DNA of 64,000 bases from an uncultured Ruficoccus sp. (lineage in GTDB: Bacteria; Verrucomicrobiota; Verrucomicrobiia; Opitutales; Cerasicoccaceae). This document shows, in pieces, positions 50,033 through 58,662 of this stretch. How positions within the stretch are numbered: the stretch's first letter is position 1; each line of letters starts with the position of its first letter. The DNA lies in assembly GCA_965140785.1 (NCBI GenBank), contig OZ223497.1:64001-128000 (forward strand), written 5' to 3'. The translations under genes and the position numbers were made by a program. The notes below the pieces were generated by a model, which saw only the letters and a program-made list of their open reading frames with translations, was not told the origin of the DNA and made no database searches.

Positions 50033-50974
50033 GTGAGAAACGCTGTTATACATAGAGTCATAATCCTTCTGGCGGCAGTCTGCTTCGGGGGACCCTTAAT
50101 GCGCGCAAAAGAGGAGATTTTAAATACAGAATCGTTGGTCTCTTTTTTTCCGGGTTTGTACAAGCGGACACCGCTGGATTGCCCGGAGCGAATGGCTGTC
50201 AATCGTATCAGAGATAAATACTGGCATCGGGAGGATTTTAAAATCTTGAGAGGCGAAATCAAGGCCTCCGATCAGGAGTTCCAAAACGCGATGCAAGAAC
50301 TAACCAAGTTAAGGGAATTAATTCGGCAAGGCCAGACTTGGCCAATCAGGCAGCGTGAGAAATGCTGCATTCCCTATGCTGCCTCACCACCTCTGGTCAA
50401 TGGTGACGATGACGGGCAGGCGTGGGATAATGCTCTTGTTTTTTCCGGTGAATATCCTTTGGGAAGCTTGGATAAGGTCCACTCCGAGATTGTTTTTCGC
50501 CTGCTTTGGGATGAGCAATTTCTATATGTCAGCGTAACTGTTCACGACCTGGATATTAACAGTATATCAGCCGATGAAAATTCTAAGCTAGGACCATGGG
50601 ATGCCGATTGCGTGGAGATATTTATCATGCCGAGCATGCGTATGAAGAGTTACTGGGAGATCGTGGTGAACCCAAACAACGAGGTCTATGACGGATTACA
50701 CTCCAGTAATAAACTAGGTGGATTTTCGAGCCACCCGGAAGAAGACCTTGAGGGTCTGAGGCATACCGTAAAAAGAACGGGATCAGGATATGTCGTACAA
50801 GTAGCCATTCCTTTTAATGAGCTTCCTAATTATATGTTGGGGAATAAGCCGGAAAAGGGACAAATCTTGTATTTTACGGTACTAAGAGTCGATAATGGTA
50901 ATCGTAGTGCGCTACGCCCTCTGCTTTATGACGGGCACAATATTTTCGGATATCAAGAAGCAACGTTAAATTAA
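50033..50974 (+). CDS. CBM9-like (DOMON) sugar-binding domain protein
   Basis: PLVNGDDD..W, LLWDEQFLYV, WDADCVEIFI, YWEIVVNP, VAIPF. Start uncertain. Confidence 0.72.
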   Translation: MRNAVIHRVIILLAAVCFGGPLMRAKEEILNTESLVSFFPGLYKRTPLDCPERMAVNRIRDKYWHREDFKILRGEIKASDQEFQNAMQELTKLRELIRQGQTWPIRQREKCCIPYAASPPLVNGDDDGQAWDNALVFSGEYPLGSLDKVHSEIVFRLLWDEQFLYVSVTVHDLDINSISADENSKLGPWDADCVEIFIMPSMRMKSYWEIVVNPNNEVYDGLHSSNKLGGFSSHPEEDLEGLRHTVKRTGSGYVVQVAIPFNELPNYMLGNKPEKGQILYFTVLRVDNGNRSALRPLLYDGHNIFGYQEATLN

Positions 50975-50983
50975 AAAGTATAA

Positions 50984-52522
50984 ATGCATTTTTATAAAAA
51001 TAAGAAACCAAATATTATCTATATCCTGGGTGATGATCACAGGGCAGATTTTCTTGGCATTGCCGGCCACCCGGTCTTGAGAACTCCGAATCTGGATAAG
51101 CTGGCAGGGGATGGAGTCTATTTTACGAACGCTTTCTGTACCAGTCCAATATGTACGCCTAGCCGATGCTCTCATTACCTGGGACAATGGGAGAGAAAAC
51201 ATGGTGTTAATTTTAATAGTGACTCAAGCGTCTCGCCTAGGGCTTGGCAAAAAAGCTTTCCATCTCTGCTCAGAGAATCTGGATATTTTACCGGATGGGT
51301 GGGGAAAAACCACGTTCCGGTCGGGGACGGGGGATACAAGAGCGGTTTTCTAGAACAAGAATTTGATTATTGGTATGGTAATCACGGGCATAGCGGGTTC
51401 TATCCGAAGGAGTGTCCTGGAGTTACAATATACAGCAATTCCAGGTATCATACCCAGGTTGAAGTGTTTGAGGAGGGAGTTATGAATTTTCTCGATCCCA
51501 AACCCGATTTTATCGGAAGTTGCGATTTTCCGCTTCCGACTAGACCCCGGGACCGGCCTTTTTGCCTTTGCTTGACTTTTAATTTGCCACATGATTTCGG
51601 CGTTGAATCGATGCAGTTACGCCCAGAGGACGATGAGATATACAAATCTCTCTACCGTGACCAGTTCAACGGCATGCCATTACCTATAACCTATGAAGAC
51701 TATACAAGCAGAAAGCCTCGGGTGCCCAAAAAAATCTATAGTGGTGAATACCTAGGTATATATGATTATGTCAAACGACCGGTTCTTCTAAGAGAGCGGT
51801 TGGTGCGCTATTGCCAAGCAATTACTGGCATGGATCGAATGATTGGCCATATGCGTGAAAAACTTGATGAGATGGGTTTGTCGGAAAATACCATTATCGT
51901 GTTCTCCACAGATCACGGAATTCACCACGGCGAGCATGGACTCGGAGGAAAATGCTTTCTTTATGAGGAAGATATTCGTATCCCTTTGATCATATTCGAT
52001 CCCCGTGTCAGGACTAAAAGAATTCGAGATGAATTTGCGTTAGTCCCAGACTTAGCTCCAACTATATTGGAGTTGGCGGGGCTGGAGATTCCGGACACTA
52101 TGCAGGGCACAAGCCTTGTTCCACTTCTTGAGGGAAGGGGTGTCGGATGGCGGGAAGAGTTTTTTACTGAACAGTTGATGGACATCCAAAATTACCCGCG
52201 AAGCGAGAGCATCCGCACAAAAGACTGGAAATATATCCGCTATTTTAAACGAGCTGAAGATCCAGAACAAAAAGACAAACCATACCGTGGCACTATTGAT
52301 AATTATATTGAATGCCTAAGTTCTTCTTTAAGGAGTGAAAAACCTGTTTATGAGGAATTATTCGATCTTTCAAATGATTCCCAGGAAATATGTAATCTTG
52401 CAGAAGATCCCCGATATAATGATATCCTTGCTTCGCTACGAAGAAAAATAATAAGGAGAGGATTGCAATTATTGCCCAAAGGCGACCTTCCAAGCACTTG
52501 CCCTAATATACGACTGCGATAA
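50984..52522 (+). CDS. Cys-type sulfatase
   Basis: KPNIIYILGDD, CTPSR, GKNH, STDHG, LYEEDIRIP. Confidence 0.95.
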   Translation: MHFYKNKKPNIIYILGDDHRADFLGIAGHPVLRTPNLDKLAGDGVYFTNAFCTSPICTPSRCSHYLGQWERKHGVNFNSDSSVSPRAWQKSFPSLLRESGYFTGWVGKNHVPVGDGGYKSGFLEQEFDYWYGNHGHSGFYPKECPGVTIYSNSRYHTQVEVFEEGVMNFLDPKPDFIGSCDFPLPTRPRDRPFCLCLTFNLPHDFGVESMQLRPEDDEIYKSLYRDQFNGMPLPITYEDYTSRKPRVPKKIYSGEYLGIYDYVKRPVLLRERLVRYCQAITGMDRMIGHMREKLDEMGLSENTIIVFSTDHGIHHGEHGLGGKCFLYEEDIRIPLIIFDPRVRTKRIRDEFALVPDLAPTILELAGLEIPDTMQGTSLVPLLEGRGVGWREEFFTEQLMDIQNYPRSESIRTKDWKYIRYFKRAEDPEQKDKPYRGTIDNYIECLSSSLRSEKPVYEELFDLSNDSQEICNLAEDPRYNDILASLRRKIIRRGLQLLPKGDLPSTCPNIRLR

Positions 52523-52885
52523 AGCGCCTCGGTCGGGAGCCCCGTGGACAAGCCCTGACGGCGTCGGCGCGGTTTAGCTGCGGGTACTCACAGGTGATCC
52601 TCGAGGCGTACGCGCTGCACGCGAGCTTCTTGATCACGGCCAGCCCTCATCACGCCGCTTTTACGTGATCTTGCGGTAGCCGTAAACGGATACTTCCTGG
52701 ACATCTTCACGGTCTCCGACTCCAGCAAACGTTACTTCTCAGGCAAGGGCTTAGGGCGATACCGGTAGGTCGAGCGATGCATACGCAGCCACCGGCATAC
52801 CTGTCTCCCGGAGCACCTAAGCGCAGCGATGATCTTCGTGGTGGCGCTCCGCTGGCGATCTGGGCTCAGGCGTTTTTTTTAACGC
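52523..52885 (-). mobile_element. IS3 orfB fragment
   Basis: Aligns with about 36182-36545, including the slippery run; contains indels. Confidence 0.88.
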
Positions 52886-52954
52886 AAACTGGGCCACTTG
52901 CAAAGCTAGTCTGGGTCTTTAGAAAGGACTCAGAGTATGAAAGGCAAGCGATAC
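52886..52954 (+). mobile_element. IS3 left-end remnant
   Basis: aaactgggccacttgcaaag...agaaaggactcaga..atgaaaggcaagcgatac; inverted homolog of about 4789-4858. Confidence 0.8.
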
Positions 52955-53043
52955 AGTGCCGAAAATAAACCGCATATTACGGGCAGTCAATGTGGGCAAA
53001 TCTATTGTTGATGTCTGCCAAGACCAATCAGTCCGGTCGGTTT

Positions 53044-54084
53044 TCAATGGTGCTTGTGCTTAAGTGGGATGGCCATGTTCCAGGTGTTGATCGCTTGCCT
53101 GAACCCTCCGGGGCCATCGGCGGTTGCCGCGAACAGACACAGAGGGAGGCCATCGGTGTCGAAGAGTATTTGCGGCCGCTCGACACTGCCAAGTTCAATT
53201 GTTTCACCATCGGTATAGGTAATGGTCCTGGAGTAGGCCTTGGGAGGACTCGCCAATGTCCAGTTCAGCCCGTCCGAAGACAGAAAGTGTGCCCCGGCGT
53301 TTACTTCACTGGTCAGTCCCCCCTTAATGTCCTTGGCGAGCATCTCATAGTGGTCATTGTTCCACCAGACGAAGGGGTCCTCCACGTGATTATCGCCCGA
53401 CACACGTAAGACGGGATCGTCCGAGAACCGTCGATAGGGACCCAGAGGGTGGTCCGCTCCGGCCAGGCCCAGGCGCAAGCCATTTGGCGTGTTCGAGCGA
53501 TAAAACATCAGCACCCGTCCGTCCGGATGGATGCACGGGGCCGGATTGGTGACAACCGTGCCGTCCCATTTGCCAGGCCGGGGTTCTAGTATTGGATGGT
53601 TTAGGACCGTCCAAGGGCCTTCCAGCGATTGCGCGGTGGCCAGGCCAATTCTGATGTTCGAATAGCTCTCCTGGCACTGGGCCGTCTGCGAGGGGTCGAT
53701 CTGACCGCCGGGAATTTCCCCGCTATAGGTTGAGCCTATGTAATAAAGAAAATAGGTGTCCCCATATTTATGGATGGTCGGGTTGTGAGCCATGCGCCCA
53801 TCCCACGCATCGGAAGAGCTACAGGGCAGGACGGTTTCTGCATATTGATAGGGACCTTCCGGGGTATCGGCGACGGCACGGACGATTTCCGAGGTTACTA
53901 TGTACCCGGCGAACATCGGGAGCGCCTTGGGCCAGCGGGAGGCAAACATGTGATATTTTCCGGACTGATCGGCGATGACTGAGCCACACCAAACCCAGTA
54001 GTTTTCCATGCGAAACCCGCCATGGCGGGGCACGGGCTGTATGCGCTCAAAGAAGGAAGGTGGTTGCTGTAGCTGCTTTGTCAT
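53044..54084 (-). CDS. Five-bladed beta-propeller glycoside hydrolase (GH43-like)
   Basis: WCGSVI, HMFASRW, HNPTI, TNPAP, EDPFVW, ERPQI. Start uncertain. Confidence 0.8.
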   Translation of the reverse strand: MTKQLQQPPSFFERIQPVPRHGGFRMENYWVWCGSVIADQSGKYHMFASRWPKALPMFAGYIVTSEIVRAVADTPEGPYQYAETVLPCSSSDAWDGRMAHNPTIHKYGDTYFLYYIGSTYSGEIPGGQIDPSQTAQCQESYSNIRIGLATAQSLEGPWTVLNHPILEPRPGKWDGTVVTNPAPCIHPDGRVLMFYRSNTPNGLRLGLAGADHPLGPYRRFSDDPVLRVSGDNHVEDPFVWWNNDHYEMLAKDIKGGLTSEVNAGAHFLSSDGLNWTLASPPKAYSRTITYTDGETIELGSVERPQILFDTDGLPLCLFAATADGPGGFRQAINTWNMAIPLKHKHH

Positions 54085-54308
54085 GATGGTAGGTCCAGAG
54101 TCGATATCTTTGGAGTGCCTCATCTTTAAGCGAGTCGGGATGAGTGCTTGCTGATGCATAGACTTGGCGTGTTTTCACGGATCGCCTCCCTGTCAGCGCA
54201 GGCCGTCATTGATGGGTGAAGCTTACTCGCCTTCCTGCCGGCTCGCCTCATGGCCACTTCGATTAAGCGGTCATGAGCGTATCGGGTCGTAGCCGGAAGA
54301 GGAGGCCT

Positions 54309-55001
54309 TTAATTCACCGGCACTGACTCGACATGCCAGTCAAAGAAAAGTGTGTTGCGGAAGTCTCCGTGAACCACACCCGCGACCCCGGCATCCATAT
54401 CCCGCACGGCCCACAGCGTGCTGGCATCGACCAGGCTGTTGAGCGTGCTCAATCGCAGGGGGCTGTCGGTCACGGACATGTCACCGACTTTCCCCCACGG
54501 AGATAGTCTCAATGTTCCCGATCTCAGATTTGAAATTGCCCATTGACAGACATAGGAGGACGAGGTCGCGGTCCAGTCCGATTCGGGGACGATACGCTCG
54601 AAAGCCGGGCAGACGCAGATCCGGCAAATCTCGCGGTCAGAATAGGCGGGGGCCTCATCCCTCATCCCCAGATATTGGCCGACATAGTACAACATGAACT
54701 TATCCTGCCCGGTCCTGAAGTAGTAGATGCCGAATGTTGAGTATGCCGGCCCCGGAAGCATGCCCGAGTGGTCATTGGTGTACAGGGATATGGCTGTTCC
54801 GATTTGCCTCAGGTTCGACGCGCACGTCACTTTTTCCGAGCTGCTTCTTATCCGGCCAATAACCGACACAACAATCGCCGCCAGAATCGCAATCACTGCG
54901 ATGCTCGCCAACAGTTCGATTAAACTGAACGCGCAAGGGGATGCCCCGGACCTACGCCGATGGATGCCCGTTGAAGACTGGACTGATATCACCTCATGCA
55001 T
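54309..55001 (-). CDS. Prepilin-type N-terminal cleavage protein (H-X9-DW variant)
   Basis: AFSLIELLASIAVIAILAAI, CASNLRQIG, HGDFRNTLFFDWHV. Confidence 0.92.
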   Translation of the reverse strand: MHEVISVQSSTGIHRRRSGASPCAFSLIELLASIAVIAILAAIVVSVIGRIRSSSEKVTCASNLRQIGTAISLYTNDHSGMLPGPAYSTFGIYYFRTGQDKFMLYYVGQYLGMRDEAPAYSDREICRICVCPAFERIVPESDWTATSSSYVCQWAISNLRSGTLRLSPWGKVGDMSVTDSPLRLSTLNSLVDASTLWAVRDMDAGVAGVVHGDFRNTLFFDWHVESVPVN

Positions 55002-55109
55002 AGCGGATTCGTCAAGCTCTTCTCATTGATATTGCCGTTTTCTCGTGTAACCCAAACCTTGGCATTAAACGAAAAAATATTTCTTTCAACGCCCTAAATG
55101 CGATGCCGC

Positions 55110-56045
55110 TTACCGCCTTCTCCTGCGTGCCCATGCCATGACCATGATGGCCACCCCCAAGGTCACCGACGTGGCGCCGGACTCTGGGATGGCGATGTCC
55201 GCCTCCCGAACGGCTTCCAACTGTGGGGCAGACAGGGCCGAGTCGTAGAGACGGATGTTATCCAGATCGCCGTCAAAGGGAGATAGATAATAGTGCCCAC
55301 CGATTAAGAAGGTCGAAGCACTGATCGTGACGGTGCCTGCATTGAGGGTGGTCGTTTGGACAAGCGTCAGGGAGGAGGAGTCGCTGGCATCGCCGACGTA
55401 CAAGGAGACATTGTTCGTGGACAAGGTGCTGTCGTATGTAACGGCGAAGTACACCCATTCGGATATGGCCGTGTAGCTGGCCAGGCTGATAATGCTGGTG
55501 CCGTTGACCGCCAACGACAGGCGCCCGCCAGCGGTGGTGAAGCCCTTGAGTTTTATCCCGCCGCCCTCGACGAGAATGGAATCGTTGCCAATGATGACCC
55601 CATCGGTCTTAAACCACCCGCTAATAGTAAAGGCTGTCAATGTCCCGAGGGTCACTGTTCCGGAGGCATAGCCGCCGGTGTTGCTCGAGCTCCCCATCCC
55701 GGAGGATGCGCTGTTGTCAAAAGAAAGATCCTCGGTCGTTCCAGATACTCCGCTGCCGGCACTGCCGTGCAGATCGGCACGGTTACCGTCCGAGTTGTAC
55801 ATGGTCAAGTCGTTGCCGGAGGAGCTGCCGGTGTTCTCCGCGGTCCAGTTATTGGTCGATGCGGTTTCGTCGAACAGATATTCGAGCACTGCGGTCTGGG
55901 CGTGCAGGCCCGGAGCGCTTACCAGTGCAACGCAGGCCAACGCGGCCAGAACTGCGCTGCGTGGAACGTTCCCGGAGTGGCTTAAAAACCTTATGATAAG
56001 GGCGATAGCTTTTTTGCGTATATTCGAGATAACTGAGTCCTTCAT
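55110..56045 (-). CDS. LamG/ConA-like PEP-CTERM surface protein (paralog 3)
   Basis: HAQTAVLEYLFDETA shared with paralog 2; FTISGWFK; IPES-TM-RRRRR tail. Confidence 0.88.
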   Translation of the reverse strand: MKDSVISNIRKKAIALIIRFLSHSGNVPRSAVLAALACVALVSAPGLHAQTAVLEYLFDETASTNNWTAENTGSSSGNDLTMYNSDGNRADLHGSAGSGVSGTTEDLSFDNSASSGMGSSSNTGGYASGTVTLGTLTAFTISGWFKTDGVIIGNDSILVEGGGIKLKGFTTAGGRLSLAVNGTSIISLASYTAISEWVYFAVTYDSTLSTNNVSLYVGDASDSSSLTLVQTTTLNAGTVTISASTFLIGGHYYLSPFDGDLDNIRLYDSALSAPQLEAVREADIAIPESGATSVTLGVAIMVMAWARRRRR

Positions 56046-56685
56046 TGTATGCTGGGGTTTGAGGTAAGTGACGTGGCTCAATGCACGGGGAGTCTCATGT
56101 GTACTTATCATTATGGACAGCCCGAATATGTACAAACACATCGATGTGCTTGCCCATGCACAGCGCCGGTTAATGTCTAATGGGAGACTATTCCGATTAA
56201 CCTGCACAAATGAGATCGTGCATCAATGAGGAGACAGGCAAGCCACCTGGGAAATGGATGGTCTGGAAGCCCGACCTTGCTGCGAGTAACGCCACTAGCC
56301 TAGATGCATGTCACAACTATTTATTAAATAAATGCTTATAGCTTTAATTCACGAAATTTCGGGCGCGAAGAACTTCCGCGCATCCTGCTAACGAGATCGC
56401 TTTGCTCAAAAGCAAAAAATGTTATCGTCTCGCTCACGCCAGGTTTATCAACGTGGGCTGGAGCGAAAAAGTTGATGCTATCGCTGTGGTTCTGAAAATC
56501 TCAAAAAAAAGCATAATGAGCATGCAATATTAGGATGCTATGCCTATTCATTTTTCGTAATGTAATCACATAGTATCAATCAGAAGCAGTGCCCTGCGGA
56601 GGATAACTCCTTCGCAGACCCGTCCCATCTTTTGTTCCTGCGGTCCGGCCCGGATGGCAGGTCAGGTCAGTACCGAATTTACCAT

Positions 56686-57577
56686 TCAGTGCGGGCTCAC
56701 TGTAGCGATTTCTAGTTCACACAGCCGGAGGATTCCATCCTCGCAGCGGTTAAAGAGGATGTATTTTCCGCCGCGTGAAAATACCGGATGGGTATGGGAT
56801 TTTATTTCAACATCCGGGACTTCGGTTCTATCGATGACGGGATATTTCGTGAACGGGATGAGCGGGGGCATCGCCTGGATGAGCATGCTGAACAGATAGA
56901 TGGTCTGGTTCCTTTTATCGCAGGTATCCAGAACGATGAACTTGCCGTCTGGAGAGGGGGACTGGTGGCTTCCTCCGCTTATGGGCTGGTCGGAGAGGAC
57001 CTTGAGGCTATGGGAGGTGGTGTCATATCCGGCTGACAGCCCGCCTTCGTCCAGCGCGTAGTTGCTGAGCGCTCCGAAATCCGTGCCCAGGGGCTGACGC
57101 ATGAAACGATGCTTTTGCTGTCGGGGCACCACATAATGTGGCAACCTAACCTCCCGACAAAATCAATGTTGCTGCCGTCAATAACTGAAATGAAATAATC
57201 GTGCACGAGTGTCCCGTGACGGGAAACCAGAAACAGAATGACCTTTTTCTGGTTGGGACTAATCTCCGCGCTAAAGCGCAGCAGGATACCCGAGTCCTTG
57301 ATGTCGTTACCTCTGGGGTGCGCGGCCAGGAGCGTTTGTATGTTTGTGATTTCAGAGCGCTCGCTCCCGTCGATGCGGTTGAGGTAGACTCCCATCTTAT
57401 GCTGCTCCTGCAAGGGGAAATCTTCATTTCTCTCGATGAAGGAACGATCTCGCCGCCCACTGTAATTGCACAGGATGCCCTGAGGCTGGATCGTCTGGGT
57501 TGTTTTTTTCCAATGACATAGACGGCTACGACATTCTCTTTTTCTGAGCGAGCGGATGTAAATGCTTGCTCATGCAT
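56686..57577 (-). pseudogene. Fragmented beta-propeller gene (oligogalacturonate-lyase/TolB-like)
   Basis: Overlapping partial ORFs in different frames; C-terminal HQSPSPDGK and HTHPVFSRGG. Confidence 0.6.
57563..57576. promoter_or_regulatory. Candidate operator TGCAT-nRG-YAAGCA (one of five copies)
   Basis: tgcttgctcatgca just upstream of the LacI start; other copies at 41766, 54145, 56147 and 63893. Confidence 0.65.
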
Positions 57578-57604
57578 TGGAGATGATTATCCTATCATCC
57601 ATTG

Positions 57605-58636
57605 ATGTCCTCTCCCACGAACAGGCCCCCCTCGATGGACGATGTCGCGCGTGTTGCCGGTGTGCACCAGACGACGGTTTCGCGGTGTTTACGCAATGAC
57701 CCGAGAATCCGAGAATCCGTACGCAACCGGGTCAAGCAGGTGGCGAAGGAATTGGGATACCGCCCCAACGCTATGCTGTCCGCTCTGGGGGCCATGAGGC
57801 GTAGCCGGGCGAGCGTTTCTTACCAAACTCCTTTGGCCTACATTAACTACGAGCGTGATAAGTCGCCGATGCAGACTGAGCACCTGGATGGAGCCCGCCA
57901 AGCTGCGGAAAAGCTCGGCTATAAGCTGGAGGTATTTACGCTCAACGACGACCTGCATGACGACCGACTGAGTAACATTCTTGTGGCCAGAAACATACTC
58001 GGGGTTATTATTGGGCCGTTGCCCTACGCTCATGGAAAGTTTACCCTACAATGGGAGAAGTTTGCTTCCGTGAGTATCAGCTATGCTTTCGCGGAGCCGT
58101 TGCTGGACCGCGTGGTAACGGACAGTTTTAAGGCTATGACCTTTGCTGTCCACGAATGCTTGAACCGTGGGTATAAGCGCTTGGGCGTTCTTCTCAACAC
58201 GGTCAACGATGAGAGAAACGAGAACTTGCTGTCCGCTGCTTATGCCTTGGCGCGGGAGAAACGTTCCACGTTGGCCAACCTGCGGGCGATGATTATCCCA
58301 GCATGGGATGAAGCACGCATTGGACGCTGGATCACGAGAAGTCGTCCCGACGTCATCATCTCGTCGAACTCCCTGCTTCCGGATATATCGCAATGGCTAA
58401 AATCTCGAAAGATTCGCGTGCCCGATGATATTGGGTTGGTGAATCTAAATGCCAAAGAGTGGACTGATTACAGCGGTATCAGCGAATGCACCCCGGAGCT
58501 TGGAGCCTCTGCCGTCAAGTTGCTGGTGCAAAAGCTCTATCACAATGAATTCGGGATTCCCAAGTCGCGCGTGACCCTGGTGAACGACTGCTACTGGTAT
58601 GAAGGCAAGACTCTGCGTCCTCCCGCGTCTGCTTGA
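57605..58636 (+). CDS. LacI-family regulator
   Basis: MDDVARVAGVHQTTVSRCLRN, LGYRPN, RVPDDIG. Confidence 0.92.
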   Translation: MSSPTNRPPSMDDVARVAGVHQTTVSRCLRNDPRIRESVRNRVKQVAKELGYRPNAMLSALGAMRRSRASVSYQTPLAYINYERDKSPMQTEHLDGARQAAEKLGYKLEVFTLNDDLHDDRLSNILVARNILGVIIGPLPYAHGKFTLQWEKFASVSISYAFAEPLLDRVVTDSFKAMTFAVHECLNRGYKRLGVLLNTVNDERNENLLSAAYALAREKRSTLANLRAMIIPAWDEARIGRWITRSRPDVIISSNSLLPDISQWLKSRKIRVPDDIGLVNLNAKEWTDYSGISECTPELGASAVKLLVQKLYHNEFGIPKSRVTLVNDCYWYEGKTLRPPASA

Positions 58637-58662
58637 GCGAACCGAGTGGAGAAGTGACACGC

